Below are positions 1 to 9,501 of a DNA stretch of 32,000 bases, in pieces; within the stretch, counting starts at the first letter, position 1, and each line of letters starts with the position of its first letter. The stretch spans positions 2,640,001-2,672,000 of the forward strand of contig NC_006138.1 of NCBI RefSeq assembly GCF_000025945.1. The letters are read 5' to 3'. The notes below the pieces were generated by a model. That model ran no database searches. It saw only the letters and a program-made list of their open reading frames with translations, and had not been told where the DNA came from. Origin of the DNA: Desulfotalea psychrophila LSv54. Lineage in GTDB: Bacteria; Desulfobacterota; Desulfobulbia; Desulfobulbales; Desulfocapsaceae. The translations under genes and the position numbers were made by a program.

Positions 1-2
1 AT

Positions 3-1124
3 ACTGATTCAAACAGCAACCATGCTATTGTTTTAAAAAGAGAAGAAATAATAACTACTATATCATATTATACAAAACTTATCAGTTTATCATTTAACAA
101 AATTGAATTGATCCAAAGAGAAATTTCAGATTGTGATCTTTTCTCAAAAAGTCTTGAATTTAGAATAAAATCACTTGATGAATCTGAAAAAACATATAAA
201 TCTCTAGGGAATATCTCTTTTAATTACTGTCCCTCTTGTTTCAGCCAACTCGACACAGTAGTTGCACATAACCAATGTAAACTTTGCAAAAAAATATTAC
301 CTGATTATGATTTAACTGAAAAATACACAGAAACTCTTGCGGAGTTAAAATACCAGCAAAAGCAGAACACCAATACTATAAATAAGCTTCAAGTAGAATT
401 GCAAAATAATGAAAATGAATACATAAAAAACAATGAAAAAGTAATGCTGCTACAAAATGAACTCAGCAATATCAGTACTCACTCAAACGAGAGAGAACTT
501 ATAATCTCAAATTATACAAAAAGGATATCAAATGTTGAGTCAGGAATAATAGAATTGAATAAGAAAATCCCACTTATTCGGAATTTAGAAAAGTACAATA
601 GAAGTATTTCTATAATTACAAAAGAGATATCTAAACTTGTGGAAGAAATAGATTCATTATCTGAACTCAGCAAAATTAGAAATAGGTCTGTTCTAAATAG
701 TTTAGGTGAAACAGCTAGTGGGTTTTTAGAAAATGGGACTGGCAATGAAGAAGATTTCAAAATTGCTACTCAGAAAACAGTTGAAATTGATTTTGAAAAG
801 GACAGATGGCTTCTTGGAGGCCGTATTAGTTTCTCAGAAAGCTCAAATGCTGAAAAAAAAAGTGCATTACATATTAGTTTTTTACTCCAGTCTCTTAAAG
901 ATAAGCAAACACGTTATCCTCTTTTTTCGATTATGGACTTTGAATGTGCTGACTTAAACGAAGAGAGAAGCAAAAAAATACAAAATAATATCCTAAACTT
1001 ATTAAAAGATAAAGAAGGTTTCCAACTCTTAATAACATCATCCAAAATATCTCAGGAGCTTAATATTGAAGAATATGGGGTTGGACGTTATTACGGCAAA
1101 AATGATTACTTATTCAAAATCTAA
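3..1124 (+). CDS. SMC/Rad50-like ATPase, C-terminal part; 5' end lies outside the window
   Basis: The reading frame is open from base 3 through 1124, so the listed TTG start at 108 is probably internal. Paired CxxC motifs (CPSC...CKLC), a long coiled-coil-like stretch, an 'FSESSNAEKKSALHISFLL' signature-like segment and a Walker-B-like 'YPLFSIMDFECADLNEER'. Confidence 0.6.
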   Translation, partial: TDSNSNHAIVLKREEIITTISYYTKLISLSFNKIELIQREISDCDLFSKSLEFRIKSLDESEKTYKSLGNISFNYCPSCFSQLDTVVAHNQCKLCKKILPDYDLTEKYTETLAELKYQQKQNTNTINKLQVELQNNENEYIKNNEKVMLLQNELSNISTHSNERELIISNYTKRISNVESGIIELNKKIPLIRNLEKYNRSISIITKEISKLVEEIDSLSELSKIRNRSVLNSLGETASGFLENGTGNEEDFKIATQKTVEIDFEKDRWLLGGRISFSESSNAEKKSALHISFLLQSLKDKQTRYPLFSIMDFECADLNEERSKKIQNNILNLLKDKEGFQLLITSSKISQELNIEEYGVGRYYGKNDYLFKI

Positions 1125-1401
1125 ACAGCAAAAAAATAATTAGCCCAGATAACAAACACAGGCAGAAGAGTATAAAGAGCCGCTTCTGAAGTACAAAAGT
1201 TTTCGGGAGCGGCAATGTTGCAAAGATCAAATAAGTTAAAGAGGACACAGAAAAAGCAAGCTAATACCTTGCATTAGCTATTTTTCAGTACGGCTAGGCT
1301 TAGTGATATACCTTATTCTAACCATTACCCCCCTCCTCCTCCATAATCATGGATAGGCAGCAACTCAAAGAGGAACCTTAGATAATTCGGGGATTTTAAC
1401 C

Positions 1402-1920
1402 ATGAGACTGTTTTTAGCCATAGCCCTGCCCAGAGATGTAGAGAAGGTACTGCGGTCCTATCAACCCACTTCCGAAGCGTATATTAGAATCGTTAGTCAA
1501 CTCCATTTGACCCTGCATTTCCTGGGGGATGTGAAGCTGGCAGAGCTTGAGACGGCAATGTCTGATATCCGCTTTAAGGAGTTCAAGCTCAGCCTGGATG
1601 GCCTTGGCTGTTTTAAGGCAAATGGTAAATGCAGGACTCTGTGGGCCGGGGTGAGGCCAAATGAGGCCCTTCGACAGCTGTATGTCAGGATTGGTAAACG
1701 GCTTGAGGAGGCGGATTTTGAGCTGTATTCCCATCATTATTCTCCCCATATAAGCCTGGCCCGCTGCCAACGGAAGTACTCGGAGGAAAAAATCCAGCAT
1801 TTCCTGCAAATAAGGACCGAACCTTTAGAATTCAGGGTGGATCATTTCCTCTTATATGGTAGCGAGATTATAAATAATGTGCCCTTCTACAGGGCCTTGG
1901 CTAAATATGGGGCAAAATAG
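1402..1920 (+). CDS. thpR: RNA 2',3'-cyclic phosphodiesterase (LigT/ThpR, 2H phosphoesterase family)
   Basis: N-terminal MRLFLAIALP; two HxTx/HxSx-type motifs HLTLHFLG and HISLAR. Confidence 0.93.
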   Translation: MRLFLAIALPRDVEKVLRSYQPTSEAYIRIVSQLHLTLHFLGDVKLAELETAMSDIRFKEFKLSLDGLGCFKANGKCRTLWAGVRPNEALRQLYVRIGKRLEEADFELYSHHYSPHISLARCQRKYSEEKIQHFLQIRTEPLEFRVDHFLLYGSEIINNVPFYRALAKYGAK

Positions 1921-2001
1921 CAAACCTCTCCCACCCCCTTGCCTTTGTCCCCCTCTTCCTCCATAATCATAGGTAAACTTAGAAATCAATGAAATGAAGA
2001 C

Positions 2002-2367
2002 ATGGAGGAGGTGCAGATGTTTATCGACATAAAGGCAAACGAGGGCATTTTCAAGACAGGATCCTGCATAGGGAATACAGCAGGTTTGGAATCATACCAT
2101 AGCCTCAGGGCGGATTTCAAATTCAATTTACAGCATGCCAGAGAAGTTTACTTCGGTAAATTCGAGCAAAATCGACTCCCTGAGGTAATTAACCTCATGG
2201 GAGATCATCTGCCCTGGGAGGATATGGTGGGCAACAATTATATCGCCTTTGACTGCAAGGACAGTGACGAAAACAACTCTTACTCATTCACTCTCTTCTT
2301 CAGCTATGAGGCGATGGATCAATACAACAGAATCAAAAAAATAGTGGACGAGCAGACCTGGAAATAG
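2002..2367 (+). CDS. hypothetical protein (121 aa)
   Basis: Intact ORF with plausible composition and no competing ORF; no family recognised. Confidence 0.5.
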   Translation: MEEVQMFIDIKANEGIFKTGSCIGNTAGLESYHSLRADFKFNLQHAREVYFGKFEQNRLPEVINLMGDHLPWEDMVGNNYIAFDCKDSDENNSYSFTLFFSYEAMDQYNRIKKIVDEQTWK

Positions 2368-2867
2368 GCCGGGAAGGAGATTATAAAGGTAAAGGGACTA
2401 TCGCCTTCTTTCTCCTTAGCTCAAGCCTGCTTATCTTCTCGCAGAGTTATGCCTGCATCGAAATCAGACTGACAACAGCCGATGATTTAAGCGAAAGAGG
2501 ATGAGCTGCCGGGTTTGCCAGAGTATCATGTCTACGAATCAAGCAGGCTAAAGTCAAAAAATCACCTTCTCTGGCGCAGACAAGCCAAGCAACCTTTCGC
2601 CCTTGATGAATCAAAAAAGCAGGTTAGAGAAGATAGCAATCCCCTTTAGCAGGTGAGTTCAGCAGACTAGAGCACATTATTACCCTACGATAATGTGCTC
2701 TACCATTTTAAGACAAGCTCTAATGAGAGCTGAACGCCCCTATCCAAAGCAAAAGTTACTCTCTTTATTTCATCTGCCACTTTATTTTTTAACGAAGTCA
2801 AGTTACCATACAAGGCTTTAACCCTATCCTACAGACATCATTTTTTTTAGAAGAGTTTGATTTAAGC

Positions 2868-4850
2868 ATGGCAAAGAACAAAAAAGCACCGATACAATAT
2901 TTGTTTCTCAAAGCCGCTATTCCTGCCTGTATCATAATGGGAATTATGATTTTCTTTGTCCACTTTGTCCAAATTTCAGCCGAAAAGAAACTCCTCCTCG
3001 CCCAGGAACAAAATAACATCAAAATTGGCAAAAAAATTATCAGCCAATCTTTTCAATCCATCCTCTCTGACCTACGCTACATTACAAGCTCTGGATATTT
3101 AAAATATTTTATAACTGACCAGAGTGACTCAACGAGAAACAACCTGGAGCAAGAATTTCTGACCATAGTTAATACCAAGAAAATTTATGACCAGATTCGC
3201 TATCTTGACCCGAAGGGGATGGAGCTTATCCGTGTTAATAAAAACCAAGAGCACCCTACTATAGTGGCCAAGGATCTCTTACAAAACAAAAGGGATCGTT
3301 ATTATTTCCAAGATACAATGACAATTCCTTGCAAAGAAATATTTATTTCTCCCCTTGATCTTAATATTGAGCACAAACAAATTGAACGTCCCCTAAAGCC
3401 CATGATTCGTTTTGGCATGCCGGTTTGCAATGCTCAGGGCCACAAAAAGGGAATCGTTTTATCTAACTATCTTGGCTCGAATCTCCTGGACTATGTTCGA
3501 AAATCTCTGGCAAAAGAGAAGAGCCAATTAATGCTTCTCAACGATGAAGGATATTGGCTATTATCACCCAAGCCCAAGGATGAATGGGGGTTTATGTTTA
3601 AAAATGACCTTCGTTTTCAAAATAGCTTTTCCGAGGCTTGGAAAAACATACAGACTGAAGCGAAGGGACAATTTTTCACCTCAAAGGGACTTTTTACCTA
3701 TCAAATAATATACCCCGCTCATGAAGGTGCCTTAGCCAATAAAACGCCTTTGCCGGTTGCCCCAGGACTGCCTGCTCTAGAGACAGAGAACTATCACTGG
3801 ATACTACTGCTCCATCTGCCCCAGGCAGAGATACACACAATACTCAAGAAACATCTCTACTGGGGACTCCTGCAACTGGGTTTTACCTGCCTGATAATAT
3901 TTCCCCTCCTCTGGCTTCTTACCAAGGAACGAATACGCGTGATTAATGCCAGAAAAAGAATGAAGCAGGCAAACGAGTTCAGCAAGGCCATTGCTACCCA
4001 AATTGGAGAGGGTCTCATTGTTTTAGATTTTCATGGTAATTTTTTAATGATTAACCGGATGGCGGAAAAGCTGCTGGGGTGGCAGGAGGCGGAGCTCTTC
4101 CATAAACACATTGGCCTTCTCATTCCTGAGTTTAAAGAATCAGAGAAAGAATCTCTCCTCTCGTCCACTATCAAAGCCAATGCCTGCCGTCGTATAGAGC
4201 CTTTTTACATTCCTCAAAAAGACGGTCAGATCATTCCCGTCTCTCTAACCATTTCCCCCATGTATAACCAGGGAACAGTGACAGGGGCGATCATTATTTT
4301 TCAAGACATAGCTGAAAGACTGTTGGCAGAAGAGCAACTCAAACTGGCTGCAAGCCACGACAGCATGACGGGGGCCAAAAACAGGGCAGAACTTGAAAGA
4401 TTGATGGATTTAGAAATTGAGCAGAGTGCAAGGAAGAAAACAGCTTGCACCTTTCTCATGATTGATATTGATTACTTTAAGAAAATCAACGACAGCTATG
4501 GGCACCTGGTAGGAGATCAGGTTTTAAAAGAGATGAGTCATTATATACGCTCTACCCTACGAAAAAGTGATATTTTCGGAAGATATGGCGGAGAGGAGTT
4601 TGTTATTATTCTTCCCCAAGAGGACCTGCAGCACTCACGAAAAATTGCTGAGAGGCTACGCCTCGGTATTAAAGAAAATTCTCTGCAAAACAATACCCTG
4701 AAAAAAGCAATGACCGTCAGTATTGGCCTTGCAAGTTATCCGGAGCATGGCCGTACCAGCAAAGATATCCTGCTACAGGCCGATGAGGCCCTATACATCG
4801 CCAAAAAGCAGGGAAGAGACCGGATTGTTACGGCCCCCGAAAATCAGTAG
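2868..4850 (+). CDS. membrane diguanylate cyclase: periplasmic sensor region, TM helix, PAS domain, GGDEF domain
   Basis: N-terminal TM (ACIIMGIMIFFVHFV), second TM (LYWGLLQLGFTCLIIFPLLWLL), PAS segment (AIATQIGEGLIVLDFHGNFLMINRMAEKLLGW), C-terminal 'FGRYGGEEFVIILPQ' active-site motif. Confidence 0.93.
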   Translation: MAKNKKAPIQYLFLKAAIPACIIMGIMIFFVHFVQISAEKKLLLAQEQNNIKIGKKIISQSFQSILSDLRYITSSGYLKYFITDQSDSTRNNLEQEFLTIVNTKKIYDQIRYLDPKGMELIRVNKNQEHPTIVAKDLLQNKRDRYYFQDTMTIPCKEIFISPLDLNIEHKQIERPLKPMIRFGMPVCNAQGHKKGIVLSNYLGSNLLDYVRKSLAKEKSQLMLLNDEGYWLLSPKPKDEWGFMFKNDLRFQNSFSEAWKNIQTEAKGQFFTSKGLFTYQIIYPAHEGALANKTPLPVAPGLPALETENYHWILLLHLPQAEIHTILKKHLYWGLLQLGFTCLIIFPLLWLLTKERIRVINARKRMKQANEFSKAIATQIGEGLIVLDFHGNFLMINRMAEKLLGWQEAELFHKHIGLLIPEFKESEKESLLSSTIKANACRRIEPFYIPQKDGQIIPVSLTISPMYNQGTVTGAIIIFQDIAERLLAEEQLKLAASHDSMTGAKNRAELERLMDLEIEQSARKKTACTFLMIDIDYFKKINDSYGHLVGDQVLKEMSHYIRSTLRKSDIFGRYGGEEFVIILPQEDLQHSRKIAERLRLGIKENSLQNNTLKKAMTVSIGLASYPEHGRTSKDILLQADEALYIAKKQGRDRIVTAPENQ

Positions 4851-4860
4851 ATAAAAAAGA

Positions 4861-4899
4861 GGGGCAGGACATAGTCCTATGTTTCGCAGCCCCTGCCCC
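4861..4899 (+). terminator. nested hairpin downstream of the GGDEF gene
   Basis: GGGGCAGG (4861-4868) pairs with CCTGCCCC (4892-4899); inside it ACATAG (4869-4874) pairs with CTATGT (4877-4882). No strong T-tract follows. Confidence 0.45.
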
Positions 4900-5191
4900 C
4901 CGTGCAACTTATTTCCACGTATCTGTAACTAATTGTTAAGGCAAAGACCTATAAATACCGAAATGAACATCCCCCAGTAAATTTAATAGCACGATAACAA
5001 TGCTTACAGCAGACTAATTTCACCGTACATCTGCCCCCTAGATCAAGATCATTCTGCAAATAGATATATAATAAATAAATTTCTCTTCTATGCGTCACGG
5101 CCTACCTTTTGCCTAAAGAGGGAAGATGATCGTCTGCTCATTGGAAAAATATTCGATGAAGAGGAGTTTGGCTCTTGCCACCACCTTGGTT

Positions 5192-5422
5192 CTAACCCGT
5201 AAAAAAATCAAAGACATTGCCCAGGGTTGAGGCAGAGCCCTTGTAAAACTCCGTATATTGACAGCGCTCACAGGTAATGGCTACGTATTTTTTATTCTGT
5301 ACATCAAAAATCCTTGACCAAAAACCTCCGGAAACTCTGATTTCACCCGCATCGTACTTTGAACTGCCACATTTAGGGCATTGCCAACTATCACCAACCA
5401 TTATTTTTCTCCTATTAAACAA
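5192..5422 (-). CDS. small zinc-ribbon nucleic-acid-binding-like protein (DUF2082 type)
   Basis: CPKCGSSKYDAGEIRVSGG...ITCERCQYTEFYK: two CxxC pairs in a zinc-ribbon arrangement. Confidence 0.7.
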   Translation of the reverse strand: MFNRRKIMVGDSWQCPKCGSSKYDAGEIRVSGGFWSRIFDVQNKKYVAITCERCQYTEFYKGSASTLGNVFDFFTG

Positions 5423-5742
5423 TGAACACTGTCTTCCTGTTATTATAACAGGATCATTTCTGTAAATATTCGTCCCGGCCTCACTAACCCTTATTCACCA
5501 ACCAATACGACTTTTTTTAATAAAGACAGAAATAGACTCCAGTGAAAATTTAAATCTTATTTGAAATATATATCTTCCCCTGTAAAAATTGCTGTAAAAA
5601 TCACCAATTGATGACGAGAAGGTAACAACAACATTTGATAGCAACGAAGTATCGTCTTGGGTCTCAACGTAATTCCGTTTATAGTTATATAAAAAAACAT
5701 CAGAGCTCATAAAAATCAACTCCACTTTTTACACTATAAAAT

Positions 5743-7383
5743 ATGATCGACCAGACTCCATTTATCTTCAGTAATGAAGTGATGCACCAGCTACTACTTG
5801 ACATGGCCCAGCAACGAACGACTAGCAACCTGTTTGAGGTCGTTGTCTCACGCCTTGCCACTTTCTCCCATGTTGCTCTGGCAAGAATTTGGGTTCTGCG
5901 GCCGGGAGACATTTGTCATAGCTGTCCGGTCAAGGCAGAATGTCATGATCGCAGCAACTGCTTGCATCTAGTTGCCAGTGCCGGCCAATCAAATACCGAA
6001 GGTGTACAGTGGACAAATATTCATGGGAAGTACAGAAGATTCCCCTTAGGTGCTAGAAAAGTTGGCCATATTGCAGCTACCAGTAAACCCGTGGTTGTTG
6101 AGCACATTAATAAAGACTCTCAATGGATTTTGGATGTCGAATGGGCTCAACAAGAAAAAATTCAGGGCTTTGCTGGCCAGCCTCTAATTTTTCAAGGCAA
6201 GGTCCTGGGTGTATTAGCTGTCTTCACAAAGATCAACCTGACATCTGATGTACTCAAGGTGCTCAGAGTTATCGCCGACCATGTAGCGGCAGCGCTTGCC
6301 AACACTCTGGCTTTTGAGGAAATCGAAATCCTTAAACAGAAGCTTGAACTGGAAAACAGTTACCTTCGAGAAGAGCTTTTTGATGTAGCCTCCATGGGAG
6401 GTTTTGTTGGCAACAGTTATGCCTTACAGCAGGTTCTTAATCAGGTTGACGCCGTTGCTCCTACCAATGCAAGTGTACTTATCTTAGGTGAATCTGGAAC
6501 AGGGAAGGAACTTGTGGCCCGTGAAATCCATCATCGTAGCTCGCGAAAAGATAAACCGATGATCAAGGTCAACTGCGCGTCGATTCCTCGAGATTTATTT
6601 GAAAGCGAATTCTTCGGTCATGCCAAAGGAGCATTTACCGGAGCATTAGCCGACCGAAACGGCAGATTCAGCGCGGCAGATGGTGGCACCCTTTTCCTTG
6701 ATGAGTTGGGAGATATACCCTTGGAACATCAGAGTAAACTGCTCCGGGTACTCCAGGAAGGCGAATATGAAAGAGTAGGAGAAAACCAGACACGAAAAAC
6801 AGATGTCCGCATTATCGCAGCTACAAACAAAAACTTACATGAAGAAATCGTAGCCAAGAAATTTCGCGAAGACCTCTACTTTCGACTTAATGTCTTCCCC
6901 ATCAGAGTCCCCCCACTGAGGGAAAGAAAGGAAGATATCGAATTGCTGGCAAACTATTTTCTGCAGAAAATATTGCAAGAGATGAACATTACCCAACAAC
7001 AATTTAACATGCAACAACTGCAAGAGTTGAAAGAATATGACTGGCCTGGAAATGTAAGGGAGCTACGTAATATCGTTGAACGATCCGCTATTTTTTCTCT
7101 TTCTGGGCCATTACGCCTACATCTCCCGGAAACAGCTGATTCAAGCACCCATTCTCACGCTATTACGACTGAGGACAGCTCAGTGATTCTCTCTGAGAAA
7201 AAGATGCTTGAGCTACAACGAGAAAATACCAGGGCAGCACTGGCACAGTGTAACTGGAAAATTTATGGCATTGACGGAGCAGCTACCCTTCTCGGCATTA
7301 AGCCCACGACACTGGCTACAAGAATAAAAAAAATGAACTTGAAGCGCCCCGTGGCAAACAATAGGGCTGATATTTGCGATTAA
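5743..7383 (+). CDS. sigma54-dependent transcriptional activator: N-terminal GAF, AAA+, Fis-type HTH
   Basis: GESGTGKE Walker A, GAFTGA sigma54-contact loop, GGTLFLDELGDIP Walker B, WPGNVRELRN, C-terminal HTH. Confidence 0.93.
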   Translation: MIDQTPFIFSNEVMHQLLLDMAQQRTTSNLFEVVVSRLATFSHVALARIWVLRPGDICHSCPVKAECHDRSNCLHLVASAGQSNTEGVQWTNIHGKYRRFPLGARKVGHIAATSKPVVVEHINKDSQWILDVEWAQQEKIQGFAGQPLIFQGKVLGVLAVFTKINLTSDVLKVLRVIADHVAAALANTLAFEEIEILKQKLELENSYLREELFDVASMGGFVGNSYALQQVLNQVDAVAPTNASVLILGESGTGKELVAREIHHRSSRKDKPMIKVNCASIPRDLFESEFFGHAKGAFTGALADRNGRFSAADGGTLFLDELGDIPLEHQSKLLRVLQEGEYERVGENQTRKTDVRIIAATNKNLHEEIVAKKFREDLYFRLNVFPIRVPPLRERKEDIELLANYFLQKILQEMNITQQQFNMQQLQELKEYDWPGNVRELRNIVERSAIFSLSGPLRLHLPETADSSTHSHAITTEDSSVILSEKKMLELQRENTRAALAQCNWKIYGIDGAATLLGIKPTTLATRIKKMNLKRPVANNRADICD

Positions 7384-8235
7384 GAAGTCCACCCGCAAAA
7401 AAAAGAGCTCAGCGGCTCCAGCTCAGGGCGAATCATATCATGAGCACCTTCAACCTGTTACACTATGAGATAGCCTATTGATACATGAATCATCTTCTGG
7501 GACTTTGTGATCGTATCAAAAAAGCAGAATTACGTTCCTATTTAACACGGAATTACGTTTTTAACGAAATATCGTTTTTACTAAGCTGCTGGCAAAACAA
7601 ACAACAGCGCTACAGTAAGCACTTAGATATTATCAAGGTTTGGCACAGCATGTGCATTATATCTAATATGCTTCGTACCAGTAGGTAACTGAAGTATCGC
7701 CAAACAACTGGACATGGAGGGGCATAGCCAAAATTACAGCCCCGACCAGGCATATTTCATGCTTAGACGGTAAACCTTGAGTACTGGGCAAGCCAGGACA
7801 CTAAACGTCAATTTTGTTTGAGCGCTACAAACGACACCAAGATAAAAATAACTCGAAGATTTTGTTGAAAAAACTGATGTAGCTGTTTGGCCGTCTCCCA
7901 AGGATAATCTTTACTGAGCTATTAACCATTTATAATTGTTTAGACCTCTACCAATAGTTTCACCTCAATAGCTGAGGATCTTTATCTAAAGGAGATGGCT
8001 GAATCTCTCTCGTGGCAGAAGCCAAGGCAGCAGCGATTTCAATGCCGAGAATACCATAAAACCTTTCAACTTGTGTGCCTGGCAAGGGCCTAGAAGCCAA
8101 GGACGAAGCGAATCAAGAGAAAAACAATCGGTTTTGCCAGAAGCACTGAATTACATGGAGCTTTGGTAAAAGCACGAGCTTTGCTACAAAAGTTGGCGCC
8201 CACCTGATCGTTCATAAAAGAAAGAACTCTCAAAG

Positions 8236-8261
8236 GGAAGTCTGACCTCTTCCAGACTTCC
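8236..8261 (-). terminator. hairpin at the 3' end of the formylglycine-enzyme-like gene
   Basis: Perfect 9-bp inverted repeat GGAAGTCTG (8236-8244) / CAGACTTCC (8253-8261), about 20 nt past the minus-strand stop. Confidence 0.55.
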
Positions 8262-8281
8262 TCTCTGATTTCTCATCTAGA

Positions 8282-8998
8282 TCAGAATGCAAGGCGAAAA
8301 CCAATGTTGTAATAGGCAAAGGTTTTCGGTCTGTGGTAACGATATGCTGACCGGACAAAACGCGCGCTTGCATTCCATGCACCGCCACGATAGACCTTGT
8401 GATCGGTACTGTCATCCACCCATGCTGAACCGTCCGCAGGTGCCCCCTCGTAGTTGCCATGCCATGTGTCCTCGCACCACTCAAAAACATTGCCATGCAT
8501 ATCGTAGAGCCCGAAACCATTGGCGGGATGCCCCCCTACCGGAGAATTCTGACAGGAAATCTTTGTGCCATAATTCACCTGCTCTATGGTAATAGCGTCC
8601 CCGAAGAAAAAACGAGTAGTGGTATGAGCCCGACAGGCATATTCCCATTCCGCCTCGCTCGGAAGACGATATCTGCTGTCATTGACCGCATTCAATTTTT
8701 TAATAAATTCCTGAGCATCCTCCCAGCTCACACCATCTGCAGGGCAGTTCTCACGGATAAGATCACTGGGATTTTCCCCCATTATTTTCAGATACTGCTC
8801 CTGAGTCACCTCGAAGCAGGCCATGTGAAAATCATCGACATGAACATTGTGCTGAGGGCCCTCAACCGCCTGCCGCTCCTTTTCCGCCACAGGGCTTCCC
8901 ATCATAAAATCACCGCCTGCTATAGGTGCGAATTTAATTCCCGTTACTTCATCGATAATAATCTGACTGATATTTTTACTCATTATATTAACCTTCAC
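8282..8998 (-). CDS. formylglycine-generating enzyme/SUMF1 family protein
   Basis: GGDFMMGS, VSWEDAQEFIKKLNA, RLPSEAEWEYACRA, GLYDMHGNVFEWCEDTW, RGGAWN..., GFRLAF: the classic FGE/SUMF1 motif series. Confidence 0.93.
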   Translation of the reverse strand: MKVNIMSKNISQIIIDEVTGIKFAPIAGGDFMMGSPVAEKERQAVEGPQHNVHVDDFHMACFEVTQEQYLKIMGENPSDLIRENCPADGVSWEDAQEFIKKLNAVNDSRYRLPSEAEWEYACRAHTTTRFFFGDAITIEQVNYGTKISCQNSPVGGHPANGFGLYDMHGNVFEWCEDTWHGNYEGAPADGSAWVDDSTDHKVYRGGAWNASARFVRSAYRYHRPKTFAYYNIGFRLAF

Positions 8999-9501
8999 AA
9001 AAATAAAACCGCTTGAGCGGTGGTTGAACTTCCCGTGGCGATGGCAGAGTTGCAGACAACCCTGCTATCTACTTTTTAAGACTCCACCCTTGATGGCGAC
9101 ATTAATATAACAAACCGACATAACAAAATTTATTCAGTAAGAGACGGTCCATTAACCAACGTTTTCATTTCACTCTTATTTAGCAAAGGTTGTGCCAGAT
9201 AGCCAAAGGAGGCAAGAGTTTGATATTGCGTCTATAGTTAAAGGAAATAATTTGTAGCAAGAAACGGAATTACGTCGCCAACGAAATTCCGAGCTGAGCA
9301 GCAACGTAATTTCGTTCACATTGAGTTCAAAACTACCTTTGCAGTCAGCAATGAATTTGGATAAGGGTTATTATCAAGATTAAATGGGAAAGAGAGGGGG
9401 AAGGGTGGGCAAGGCTCATTAAAAGAATAGGAATTTTGCATAAAAAAAGCCCTGCCGAACCTTTATTTCGACAAGGCATAGCTAGAGAGAAAATGACTGA
9501 A

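Noticed and set aside
5495-5725. 76-aa minus-strand ORF between the Zn-ribbon gene and the sigma54 activator
   Set aside because: AT-rich, no recognisable motif and contains the dispersed AACGTAATTCCGTT motif; not enough support for a real gene.
7641-7656. sigma54-like -24/-12 sequence TGGCACAGCATGTGCA
   Set aside because: It matches the consensus imperfectly and has no convincing gene directly downstream; probably chance.
8459-9016. 185-aa plus-strand ORF (and 8287-8592, 8230-8520)
   Set aside because: These overlap the clear SUMF1/FGE gene on the minus strand and lack family features.
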